Shown: positions 45,710 to 54,462 of the stretch, one piece after another
How the letters are laid out: every line of letters begins with the position of its first letter
Numbering within the stretch: the first letter of the stretch is position 1
Notes under the pieces: model-generated
Seen by the model: only the letters and a program-made list of their open reading frames with translations
Databases searched by the model: none
Told to the model about the DNA's origin: nothing
Position numbers and translations under genes: made by a program
Source: a virus
Direction: 5' to 3' (one strand)
DNA: 64,000 nucleotides
Virus record (IMG/VR): IMGVR_UViG_3300037882_003336
Location: 1-64,000 of that record

Positions 45710-46144
45710 CTACTCGCGTGGCGTAATACCCCAGAGATTCCACTGACCATCATGGAACCTGAGTTCAATGATGGATTCATCGGCAGCGGTACCGTCAAAG
45801 GTTCGCTGGAAAGCGTCTACGGAAGGCAGGTCTTCACCGTTCGAGTTGTAAACAATGAAGTCGATGCCGGTCCAGACGCCGGACGCAATGTAAGGCCGGA
45901 TCGACACCACGTCCCCGGTATTGCGCCCGACTATATCCACCACCAGGGTCCGGTTTCCTGGAGTACCGCTGAGTTCCGCCCAGATCGCTGCATTGCCACC
46001 TGTTGGGGTCACCTCCACATCAGTGGTGTTCGGCATGGAGACTTCCTGGTATGAGCTACCAGGAGACGAACCGGAGGATGGGGTGAACGTCCACGACTGC
46101 GGGTTGCGGATGTCGGAGTCGTACGGGAAAGATGGTAAAGACAT
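45710..46144 (-). CDS. Hypothetical structural protein
   Basis: Beta-rich, acidic. Confidence 0.55.
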   Translation of the reverse strand: MSLPSFPYDSDIRNPQSWTFTPSSGSSPGSSYQEVSMPNTTDVEVTPTGGNAAIWAELSGTPGNRTLVVDIVGRNTGDVVSIRPYIASGVWTGIDFIVYNSNGEDLPSVDAFQRTFDGTAADESIIELRFHDGQWNLWGITPRE

Positions 46145-46153
46145 CGGTGATAA

Positions 46154-47488
46154 TTAGGGTAGTTTCCCGGTGAAGTCGCCGGGGGCCAGCGAGTTACAGA
46201 GTGTGTAAAGGGCTCGCTCAAACGTCTCTGGATCAGATGGAACACGACCGAAGAAGGCGGCTCGGAAATACTGACGCGTATAGGCACCAACCGCCCCGTT
46301 ATCATTGGTCGTGCAGATGTAAAGGTCGAGTTCCGGAAGTGCTCCGGTTGCAACGCCAGCAGTAGCTAGGACGGTCCTGGAGGCGGTCTGCATGCGCGCC
46401 ATCTCAATGCCGTCTGTGTTGCTGACAATCGACAGCAAGCCCGTCCGGTCCACCGAGTCCGTGTTGGAGATAGTGGTGGCACCGACCTGTGCCGAAATAG
46501 TCGAGGCACTCGGAAGCGTAAACGCGATGCCATCGGAGTTCAAACGACAGCCCATCACTCGACGGTTGGCGGTTTCGGTACCAGCCGTCACATACCCGAA
46601 GTAGCAATTGTTGAGCAACATGCCAACCTCGGACGGGGTGACATCAATGTCGAAATACCCGGTGGTGCCTGGGGACCTGAAGGACCGCTCGTTCGACCCG
46701 GCGATCCCGAACCCAACCGATCCGAAAAATTCACCTCTGGTGGCGGGTTTGTTGATGTTGAACCCGCAGTAGATTTTGCTGGCAACCGTGTCGATGGTTC
46801 CGGGGCTGGTTTCCATAACCCACGCGGGCAGCATCACGAACGCGTGTGGACCCATCTCGGTGAGGGACTGGTCGGCAGCTGTGAAGAACGTGTTCACCAT
46901 GGCGGTGAAGCCCTCGTCCAGTGTGAGCCCAGCTTCCTCCAATACCGCCCGGTAGGCAAGCGTCCGGATGTGGAGCGCCGATCCATCTGGCGGAGGGTCA
47001 CTTGGGTTTGGCGCAACTGCCATCACGTCCAGCCCGAACCATGGGCGCGGGAACATGAACGGAGAGCGCCTCAAGATCGCTGCCTGCCCCATGTCGCGGA
47101 TGCGCTCATAAAAGTCTGACACCCAAGCCCTTGTGTATTCCAAATCCGAACCGGAGGTCCAAGTGGGCGCGGGAACCCGAATCTCCCCGCCCATCGTCAT
47201 CTTGAAGTACAGCACAGGACCGTTGGAGAACCCGTCCTTTTCCTTGAACTGCATTACCCACCCGTCTGTGTTCATCCACCCGGCCAACATGCACCGATTG
47301 GTCTCACGAGCCCTCGGCATTTTGGTGAGAGCTTCGTTGAACCACCACACAATCGTGCCGTAGTCGATGTGGCGGAACCCGCCCGAGTAAGAACCGTTCG
47401 AGTCGAACGGCGGCATCCCGTTGCCGGAATGAGCAAGAAACTCGGTTACCCTACCCCAACCGGTGGACGCGTCGTATTCAACAGGCAC
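46154..47488 (-). CDS. Hypothetical tail/fibre-associated protein
   Basis: Thr/Gly-rich, lectin-like C-terminal half. Confidence 0.55.
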   Translation of the reverse strand: MPVEYDASTGWGRVTEFLAHSGNGMPPFDSNGSYSGGFRHIDYGTIVWWFNEALTKMPRARETNRCMLAGWMNTDGWVMQFKEKDGFSNGPVLYFKMTMGGEIRVPAPTWTSGSDLEYTRAWVSDFYERIRDMGQAAILRRSPFMFPRPWFGLDVMAVAPNPSDPPPDGSALHIRTLAYRAVLEEAGLTLDEGFTAMVNTFFTAADQSLTEMGPHAFVMLPAWVMETSPGTIDTVASKIYCGFNINKPATRGEFFGSVGFGIAGSNERSFRSPGTTGYFDIDVTPSEVGMLLNNCYFGYVTAGTETANRRVMGCRLNSDGIAFTLPSASTISAQVGATTISNTDSVDRTGLLSIVSNTDGIEMARMQTASRTVLATAGVATGALPELDLYICTTNDNGAVGAYTRQYFRAAFFGRVPSDPETFERALYTLCNSLAPGDFTGKLP

Positions 47489-47496
47489 CCCAAGAC

Positions 47497-48729
47497 CTAC
47501 TCGTGACTGGCGTTAATGAACATCTTTTTGATCCAGATGGTCTTGATCTGCAGTCGCCCCTGCCCATACCGCTGCCTGCGCAGATGCCCGCGCCTCCAGT
47601 GCATCCTGACACTTCCACCACTTCCTTCACTATCACTGCCGGAGGACCGATAGTTGCGTCCGATAAAGTTCGGGCTCCACAGTTCGTCGACACGCTTTTT
47701 ATGACGCTTAATGCCACCTGCCCTTGAAATGAACGACGGTTCGATGAGTTCCGGGCAGGCGTGCATGATAAGGATCAACTGCATCGCAAGGTAGCAAAAC
47801 CCGGTCTGGTCGGTGATGTTGTTGTGTTTCCTGACCTCCATGCTGCCGAATTGGGTCTTGGGCATGAAGTGAGAAGCAACGTGGAGGTTGCTGCCCTCGA
47901 ATGAAATGAACACCATGAACCCGTCGGCTGGAACGTCGTCGAGCACCATTGGGGCCAGCTTTAGTTCAGTCTCGACATCCAGTCGCTTGATTGCCTCTTC
48001 GGTGGCATGCGGGAGTGGGTAGACGTCAGGAGAGACGTGGCGACCCGGCTCGACCCGAATAACGGTGAGCGCGGTCACGCGAGTCTCCCTACCTCCGCTC
48101 ATCGCCACGCACTCCGGAGGCATTACGAACATCATCGCTTCGTGTGGCCATGGGGTCTCGGCAATGTCCTCACCCTTTGGCAGATCGGTAGCGATGGCAT
48201 CCTTGTAGAACTCACTCGACACGTAAAACACAGGGGTGTCAGTGCGTGCCGCGATCCCGGTAGCGGCCAGCGTGATCATGCGCATTGCGTGATCCTCGTC
48301 ATTCTTTGGCAGGTGGTATGCACGCTGCAGGAACATGTGCGCCACCCCACGGATCGAGACAGCAGGGTTGATGTATCCCCACACGTTCCGGTAATTCCGC
48401 GTCAACATCTTCCTAGACACGTGATCGACGATGTCGAGCAACATCCGGTTGGACATCCGGTCCACATCCTCATCCTCATGAGTGGTCTCAAGCCCAAGCA
48501 GCTTTTTTAGCAGCGTGATAGTGTATTCCTTGCCTTTGAGTTCCGAGACCGCCTTGGTCTGGGCCAACTTGAAGATACTGTGGAACAGATGCTTTGGGAC
48601 CATGGACTTGGCCTTCTCCATGAACTCATCGGGTGTCATCACCTGCCCAGCAGACTCCATGAGCAGGGAGGATACAGCGTCCACGTACTTGGCGGTGGAC
48701 ATCTGTTGACGGAGAGCGGACTTGGCCAT
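47497..48729 (-). CDS. Hypothetical protein with C-terminal HWRRGHxR motif
   Basis: SVRMHWRRGHLRRQ..G.GR....IWIK; N-terminal LLMES. Confidence 0.7.
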   Translation of the reverse strand: MAKSALRQQMSTAKYVDAVSSLLMESAGQVMTPDEFMEKAKSMVPKHLFHSIFKLAQTKAVSELKGKEYTITLLKKLLGLETTHEDEDVDRMSNRMLLDIVDHVSRKMLTRNYRNVWGYINPAVSIRGVAHMFLQRAYHLPKNDEDHAMRMITLAATGIAARTDTPVFYVSSEFYKDAIATDLPKGEDIAETPWPHEAMMFVMPPECVAMSGGRETRVTALTVIRVEPGRHVSPDVYPLPHATEEAIKRLDVETELKLAPMVLDDVPADGFMVFISFEGSNLHVASHFMPKTQFGSMEVRKHNNITDQTGFCYLAMQLILIMHACPELIEPSFISRAGGIKRHKKRVDELWSPNFIGRNYRSSGSDSEGSGGSVRMHWRRGHLRRQRYGQGRLQIKTIWIKKMFINASHE

Positions 48730-48733
48730 GGGA

Positions 48734-49420
48734 TCAGTTCTTGGCGACCAGCTTAGTGGACTTTTTGGCGGGGATCTTTTTGGCAACCGTCTTTGGCTTG
48801 GTCTTAGCCTTGGCGACCGTCTTTGGCTTGGAGGTGGTCTTGACAAGGACGCGGGGGCTGGACGCCTTGGCGGTAGTCTTTTTCTTCGTCGCCACCGGAG
48901 TCTTTTTGGTCACCTTCACCATATCTCCATCGTTGGTCAGTGGCACCGGGTCAGCGGGTTGTGGAATCAGACCACCATCTTCAGCACCAAATGGGGATTC
49001 GCTGGGGAGCGGCAACTCCAGGGTGTCTTTGGATATCCCATACAGCGGCAAACCGGGCGGCTTGTCGGGGGTGATGGTGGGGGTAGCGGCGGAAGTGTCG
49101 TCCCCACCGTCCTCTTCGGCGTCGCCTTCACCCTTTCCCTCGCTGATGTTTGGCAGCAGCTGCTGTTCCTCTTCCGTGCTGTTGGCCAGCGGGTTGGCGG
49201 GAACCGGTGGGTAGGTGGGCGGCGTGGGTGCAGCGGGGGTACCTGGGGTACCGGGCTTCTGGTCGCCGAACTTGGCTTCGAATTCGAACAAGCTGCTTTC
49301 CCCCTTGCTGCGCATGAAGACGGTCGGGGACCTGCCTTGGATGGTACTTTCGAGGTGGATGATCCAGACGAACTGGGCAGTGACGATGACGCTCAGGATG
49401 GCGATAGTGATGGTTCTCAT
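48734..49420 (-). CDS. Membrane-anchored Pro-rich protein with histone-like Lys-rich tail
   Basis: N-terminal TM segment; KPKTVAK occurs twice in a K/T/A-rich C-terminus. Confidence 0.7.
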   Translation of the reverse strand: MRTITIAILSVIVTAQFVWIIHLESTIQGRSPTVFMRSKGESSLFEFEAKFGDQKPGTPGTPAAPTPPTYPPVPANPLANSTEEEQQLLPNISEGKGEGDAEEDGGDDTSAATPTITPDKPPGLPLYGISKDTLELPLPSESPFGAEDGGLIPQPADPVPLTNDGDMVKVTKKTPVATKKKTTAKASSPRVLVKTTSKPKTVAKAKTKPKTVAKKIPAKKSTKLVAKN

Positions 49421-49457
49421 GGTGTTGGCGATGTTGATTGTGGTTAGACTGGGAATG

Positions 49458-49826
49458 TTAAAACGGCACGTAATCGGTGGCTTCGGTATCCTCGACGATT
49501 GAAGCCGCCACCAAAGTAGCACGGCTCGGGAAAATCTCGACGTAGGTGTCGGAATCGTGACCATGCGTCGCGTAAAACTCTGCCACCCAAACATCAGCGG
49601 CGGCGTGATCCTCGACGCGGTGAATCTGAGTCGTGACCTGACCAGCGTAAGCGTCGGTCGAACGGCAGTAGTAGGAATGCGAAACCGTGATCCGGATCGG
49701 ACCGCTGCCGGTAGCCTCGACATCGCAGGAAAGCTCGCGAGCCACTTGCTCAGCTTCTGCAAGACAATTGCGGAGTTCGACTGAAGATCCATCGTGTGGG
49801 AAGCGGAGGATGTTGTTGTTGCGCAT
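49458..49826 (-). CDS. Hypothetical early protein
   Basis: ATG lies 5 nt after TATAAT. Confidence 0.7.
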   Translation of the reverse strand: MRNNNILRFPHDGSSVELRNCLAEAEQVARELSCDVEATGSGPIRITVSHSYYCRSTDAYAGQVTTQIHRVEDHAAADVWVAEFYATHGHDSDTYVEIFPSRATLVAASIVEDTEATDYVPF

Positions 49827-49831
49827 CCCCC

Positions 49832-49860
49832 ATTATACCACACAAGAAAACTCTTGTCAA
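49832..49860 (-). promoter_or_regulatory. Sigma70-type early promoter (leaderless)
   Basis: TTGACA-17 nt-TATAAT with extended TGn. Confidence 0.9.
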
Positions 49861-50120
49861 GTAGTATGGTCCGCGTACCGCCTAAGCAACACAAAAATGG
49901 GGTCGTTGCAGGGGGCATCATCCAGACTTCTCAGGTCGTCTAACTGGATGTGACGGCCAAGGCGCTTTTCAGTGCAGAGCGTGCAGATGATAAGCCTGCG
50001 GTTCCCGCCATTGATAGCACTCCACAGGTCCGGCCTGAGAATCGGCCCGAGCCCACAATGGCCACAGTCCTCGCACTTGTAGTAGCGATCCAGATTCTTC
50101 GGTCTCGGTTTTTCGTTCAT
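49857..50120 (-). CDS. Small zinc-finger protein
   Basis: C..C...LW.....C..C.E.RLGR....DL...PCN. Confidence 0.6.
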   Translation of the reverse strand: MNEKPRPKNLDRYYKCEDCGHCGLGPILRPDLWSAINGGNRRLIICTLCTEKRLGRHIQLDDLRSLDDAPCNDPIFVLLRRYADHTT

Positions 50121-50327
50121 CACTTTGATACGGGTCGGGGGTGGCCGACCCCTCCCAGGCTCGACCACCCCCGATTCATGAGTCCAACGGCAAGCCCTCC
50201 CAGTCCGACCGTTGGAAATTTGAGCGAAGATGGCCAGCCCTCCCAGTCCGACCACCCTCGCGCCACCAATTGCGGTGACATCAAACAAGAAAAACGTGCT
50301 TAGCGTGTATTTGGCGACAGCGTAAGC

Positions 50328-50912
50328 TCACATAGCCGCTGCCTCTGGCATTGACGGGAACCCCGGATACGCCTTGTCGCGGAACGTCTCTTTCACCATG
50401 TCCAACCGACCTTTGAACTCCCGGTCAATGCGGGCGTTTTCGCGGTCAAACGCATCCAGATACAACAGTTCCTCTTCCGCCCAAGCAGTGCGAACCGACT
50501 TTTCATCCTGTTCCGGGTGTCGTAGGATAAGCGCACGCCCAATCCCAGTGAACTTCCAATCAACCATCACACCCCGCCTACGAAGCTTATCCACCACTTG
50601 GTTGGTACCGCTCTTCCCAAGCAGGCTCGCCAACACCGGAACACCGTGCTTGAAAATAAACGGATCACACTTACCGAACTCTTCGCCCAGTGTGCATTCG
50701 CCACGAGCGTCGTAGGAATCACCTACTGACTTTGGCACCACCGTGAGAACCGGTGGTGCCACTATCACGGGTCCAAGTTCGTCATCCTCCAATACCAGTT
50801 CCTCAGTATCGTCAACCAATTCTTCCTCCACCTCTTCTGGTTCAATCTCACGAAGCCCAGCGTACTGATCTTCGTGAGCCTCGTCTGCAAATGGGTCGTA
50901 GTCGATCCGCAT
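50328..50912 (-). CDS. Hypothetical protein with acidic N-terminus
   Basis: Start MRIDYD. Confidence 0.6.
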   Translation of the reverse strand: MRIDYDPFADEAHEDQYAGLREIEPEEVEEELVDDTEELVLEDDELGPVIVAPPVLTVVPKSVGDSYDARGECTLGEEFGKCDPFIFKHGVPVLASLLGKSGTNQVVDKLRRRGVMVDWKFTGIGRALILRHPEQDEKSVRTAWAEEELLYLDAFDRENARIDREFKGRLDMVKETFRDKAYPGFPSMPEAAAM

Positions 50913-50913
50913 A

Positions 50914-51141
50914 TCAGGTCTGGATGGTGGTAATAAAGTCGAACGCATCTTCCATGGTCTCAAACGGCTCTTCCCTCACTGCAGCCTGTTCGTGTTCTGC
51001 TCCCCGGTACACCATCCAACCTCTGGGTTCCAGGACAGCGGCGGCAATGAAGTTGCTGGCTGCTGACAAGCCGTAGTAGGTGAGGTAGCGTGCGGGCACG
51101 CGGCGAAAGTACATAGCGTCTTCTGGAATGTTCTCAACCAT
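50914..51141 (-). CDS. Hypothetical protein
   Basis: Operon packing downstream of purZ. Confidence 0.5.
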   Translation of the reverse strand: MVENIPEDAMYFRRVPARYLTYYGLSAASNFIAAAVLEPRGWMVYRGAEHEQAAVREEPFETMEDAFDFITTIQT

Positions 51142-51145
51142 TTCG

Positions 51146-52414
51146 TTATAGGGTGGAAGCGTGGTCTGTCTCGGGAGACCAGTTGAAGAGCACGTGCTCT
51201 TCACCACAGTAAACGTCCGAATCGGCCATGAACTTAGTAAGGCTTTTTCCGTGCTCGTGTGCTGCTTTTGGGTCTCCGTTCAGGTAGTTGAGGAACGTTA
51301 GGAACATAAATACACCACCCGGTGCGTTGTTCAGTCTCACGAAATCCCGCCATGCGATTTCGCTCATGGTCGCGATGCGGCGTGGGAGCTTGGTGAGAGT
51401 TGTGATTTCGCTCGGCACGTCCCAGCCAGCGTAAGACCGGATTTCGTCCCATGTGAGTTCGGTCTGGTCAGTTTCCCAACCCCCGCTAGACCCTTCGACC
51501 ACTTGGATTTCGTCGCCTCTACCGTCGGCGCGGAGTGCGTCGATTTCGACTTGGGTCAGAAACGCCCCGTTGTGGAGGTATCGGTTGCTGGCAATGCGAA
51601 TTGGGAAGGTCCGGTTGACGCCAACGACCGAATTGAGCAACGCGGGGGCCACACAGGTCTCGCTGAGGAATGAAGCCACCGAAGTGGACCGGCTCGTGCA
51701 GTACGGGTAGTGCGGGCCGTAATTGGAAAGCTGAAAGCCCTGTGACCCGTCGAGCAGCGCCCCGTTGTAACAATTGGCGATGGTTTCGTTGATGTCACCG
51801 CGTGGCTGCGCGTACTCCCACACCGCATTCACATCACGAGCCATGGTGGCCCTCCGAAGCGCACGTTTGGCGCGGGCGGCTCCGGAGCCGGACCCGGTGG
51901 TGCCAGTGCGAGACAATGCCAAGTCCCGGTCAGCGATGGGCTTTCCGTTGAAGTCGTGGGTTCCGTTCTCCAATCCTTCGTCCTCTGGCGTGACGATCGC
52001 GGCCAGAGGGTGAATGAAAAGGTGGGTGCGGGGAACTTCCAGCATTTCCACTTCTTTCTTCAGGTCTTCCGGCTTGAACGCCGCGCCCGGTCCAATGAAG
52101 ATGTAGGGGCGATAGTCCTGATAGCCCCAATAAAACGCACCGGCTGGAAGCACCTTCACCACCCCGCTTCGGCTCACCGAAGAATCGGTAACGGTGTGGC
52201 TAGAATTCCGCGAGTTGGCGGTCAATAGCACCCCCGGTCGCCCAATCTTGGCGAGCAAGGCGCTTGCACACCCCTTGGCCTCAGAACCGGTCTGAGCACC
52301 CATGACCACTGAAACCCGGTTCGGCTTGAAGATGTTCTTGACGAGCCCATCTCGCTCAAAGAGCCTCTGGTTGTCATTGAAGTGTCTGGACCAAGCTTTG
52401 GGATCGTACGTCAT
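51146..52414 (-). CDS. purZ: Adenylosuccinate synthetase paralog, PurZ-type (N6-succino-2-amino-2'-deoxyadenylate synthase)
   Basis: GAQTGSEAKG (Ser at the PurA Asp13 position), NSSHT, GTTGSG.G, GSQGF.L, YPYCTSR, RTFPIR, TTLTKLPRR and TFLNYL. Confidence 0.8.
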   Translation of the reverse strand: MTYDPKAWSRHFNDNQRLFERDGLVKNIFKPNRVSVVMGAQTGSEAKGCASALLAKIGRPGVLLTANSRNSSHTVTDSSVSRSGVVKVLPAGAFYWGYQDYRPYIFIGPGAAFKPEDLKKEVEMLEVPRTHLFIHPLAAIVTPEDEGLENGTHDFNGKPIADRDLALSRTGTTGSGSGAARAKRALRRATMARDVNAVWEYAQPRGDINETIANCYNGALLDGSQGFQLSNYGPHYPYCTSRSTSVASFLSETCVAPALLNSVVGVNRTFPIRIASNRYLHNGAFLTQVEIDALRADGRGDEIQVVEGSSGGWETDQTELTWDEIRSYAGWDVPSEITTLTKLPRRIATMSEIAWRDFVRLNNAPGGVFMFLTFLNYLNGDPKAAHEHGKSLTKFMADSDVYCGEEHVLFNWSPETDHASTL

Positions 52415-52436
52415 AAAGTGTAGCAGAAAACGGTGT

Positions 52437-52628
52437 TTACTCGCGGGTCTTCCGATTGAAGAACTGGTAGATGCGCTCACGCAGTGAACCCAGCAGAGAC
52501 AGGGTCGCGGTAGGTGCCCATGTTGGGCATTTTGGATGAGCCGACAAGCCCATGTCGCACTGGTATGCGCCATAGGCGAAGTTGGCAGAGTAACGGCAGG
52601 TGTTGCAGGACCGTGGAAGATGTTTCAC
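52437..52628 (-). CDS. Small Cys-rich protein
   Basis: C..C...C...C..W pattern. Confidence 0.5.
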   Translation of the reverse strand: MKHLPRSCNTCRYSANFAYGAYQCDMGLSAHPKCPTWAPTATLSLLGSLRERIYQFFNRKTRE

Positions 52629-52644
52629 GCCAGCCTAGAAAACC

Positions 52645-52836
52645 CTAATATGGCATCTCGTTCCAAGTACCGGGCTCTGGCAGTCCCAAACGGGAGGAAG
52701 TCTTCACCCAGGTCTGATCCCTGGGGTTGTAAGTCTGATCCTCGCGGAAGAGTGGCTCACCGTTTTCGAATCCAGCGGCTTTGGAACCACGGTGGATGCG
52801 GCGACCGAGTGCTGACCATTGGGCGAAGGTTTTCAT
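52645..52836 (-). CDS. Hypothetical protein
   Basis: ATGA overlap; start MKTFAQW. Confidence 0.55.
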   Translation of the reverse strand: MKTFAQWSALGRRIHRGSKAAGFENGEPLFREDQTYNPRDQTWVKTSSRLGLPEPGTWNEMPY

Positions 52837-53546
52837 AATGGAACTTGTACGCGTTTTTCGACGATCGTGGCAGTTGGGTTGATGGCACGGCATTTGTCGA
52901 GTGCTGACTCCATAGTGTTGTACTTCTGTGTGTTAAGTTCCCTAACCGAAGAATTCACATAGTAGTGTTGACCCTCAGACCACTTGGAAATCGTAAACAC
53001 CTCCTGTTTGTAAAGCCCAACCATATCACCATTCCACTCCATGGAGTCTGTCACCTTTTCAATGGGGTCGGTGCGCATCCCACCTTGGAAGTTCACAAAG
53101 ACGTTGTCCTCCTTGTCGAGCAGCGCCTTGGCAGTCGCAGCCCACATAGTGCCAAACTCAGCCCACGACGGATGCTTTCCTTCTTTTACTGCCATATCCA
53201 TGTGAATATTGCGTTCCTGCAGCACTTTGAACTGCTTAGTGAACCAGTCTCGGTACAGATGTAGGCGCGGTAAGTCGAGCTTGGTGAGGTGAATAAACCA
53301 CGCTTTGTAGTCATTCGGTTCCAGAGAGGTGTCAAGCAACGCCAGAGTTATGGGCGAAGGCCGATCGGGTGGCTCCACGCCAACGATTTCGGCCATTGCT
53401 CGGACTTTCCGGGCTTGCTGTTGAGCCTTTTTCACAATCCTCGGGCTCATACCGGATTCATCGACGATCTTGGCGTCGCGTTCGGCCATGTCGGCTAGAG
53501 TTGAGGCAAACTCGCGGAGTTCCTCGATGGTGAATTCAGGGCTCAT
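52833..53546 (-). CDS. Hypothetical protein
   Basis: ATGA overlaps within an early operon. Confidence 0.65.
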   Translation of the reverse strand: MSPEFTIEELREFASTLADMAERDAKIVDESGMSPRIVKKAQQQARKVRAMAEIVGVEPPDRPSPITLALLDTSLEPNDYKAWFIHLTKLDLPRLHLYRDWFTKQFKVLQERNIHMDMAVKEGKHPSWAEFGTMWAATAKALLDKEDNVFVNFQGGMRTDPIEKVTDSMEWNGDMVGLYKQEVFTISKWSEGQHYYVNSSVRELNTQKYNTMESALDKCRAINPTATIVEKRVQVPL

Positions 53547-54427
53547 TGTGGTTTCAGGGTTTCAGCTAGTGCGTCGAGTTTGATGCGGAGTTCCTCTTCC
53601 TTGTAACAAGAGTCGTTCCATTTATCTTCATCGCGGAGGCTAAGAACTCCGTTCCGGCAGATGGTGGCGAGCAGTTCCACATCCAGTGCGTCAAGCTCCC
53701 ACGACTCGTTGCCGTACTTGGCGACGTACTCGGGGGCGCGACTGTCGCTCATCTTGGTGGGGTTGGGGATGAGATTGTGCCGTTCGATCTGGCGCATGGT
53801 GAGCGCTGCCCGGTGCACCGTGATGTCGGACTGGGAGAACAAAGCGAGGCGGTCCGCCACGTCCGTGCTCATGTGAACTCCGCTCGGATCGAAGTCCCCG
53901 AAGTAGATCACGTGGCATTTCTTCCTGCCCGCCACGGTGCGCTCCTGCAGTTCCTTGCCAAGGTCGTACATCGCGGTGGCACTGCTGTACCCCTTGTTGG
54001 AGTGGAATGGCACTTCCAGCTTTCGGCACACTGGAGCCAATACGCCCTCAAGCGCCTGCTTCTCGCATGCCACCACCACGTAATTTGTCTGGTCCTGCCA
54101 TTTGTCGATCTTGAAGCCCTCGACGGTGCTGCGCATGATGTGGTATGGGGAATCCCAAGTCTGGACGATATGAGGTACCCGTCCCCGATCCACGATCGCG
54201 TCCCAGTCGATCAGCCCCGCCATCCGTCCGTCGGCGACCGCGCCCTTCAGCCGGTCGTATGACTCCTGCGAGTTCGGGTAGACGTTGTCCTTGACGCCTT
54301 GGTAGAAAAGCTGGCGCAAGGAGAGTGAATACCCGCGAGCCAAATAATCCGAACAGACCCCGTCAGCCCACGTGATCAGGCGCATGGTCTCGCTGCGGAA
54401 CGCTTTGTCGATGAACTTTTCGTACAT
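53543..54427 (-). CDS. Topoisomerase VI-A/Spo11-like wHTH-Toprim protein
   Basis: LRQLFYQ, CEK, KGYSS, YFGDFDPSG and WELDAL motifs. Confidence 0.8.
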   Translation of the reverse strand: MYEKFIDKAFRSETMRLITWADGVCSDYLARGYSLSLRQLFYQGVKDNVYPNSQESYDRLKGAVADGRMAGLIDWDAIVDRGRVPHIVQTWDSPYHIMRSTVEGFKIDKWQDQTNYVVVACEKQALEGVLAPVCRKLEVPFHSNKGYSSATAMYDLGKELQERTVAGRKKCHVIYFGDFDPSGVHMSTDVADRLALFSQSDITVHRAALTMRQIERHNLIPNPTKMSDSRAPEYVAKYGNESWELDALDVELLATICRNGVLSLRDEDKWNDSCYKEEELRIKLDALAETLKPQ

Positions 54428-54432
54428 CCGAC

Positions 54433-54461
54433 ACTATAACACAGCCCGTGACTTTTGTCAA
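54433..54461 (-). promoter_or_regulatory. Sigma70-type early promoter (leaderless)
   Basis: TTGACA-17 nt-TATAGT; ATG 5 nt downstream. Confidence 0.85.
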
Positions 54462-54462
54462 G

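Noticed and set aside
51146-52414. Ordinary purA/purB auxiliary AMP synthesis
   Set aside because: Three independent specificity positions match PurZ. This reading is disfavoured but cannot be excluded without an assay.
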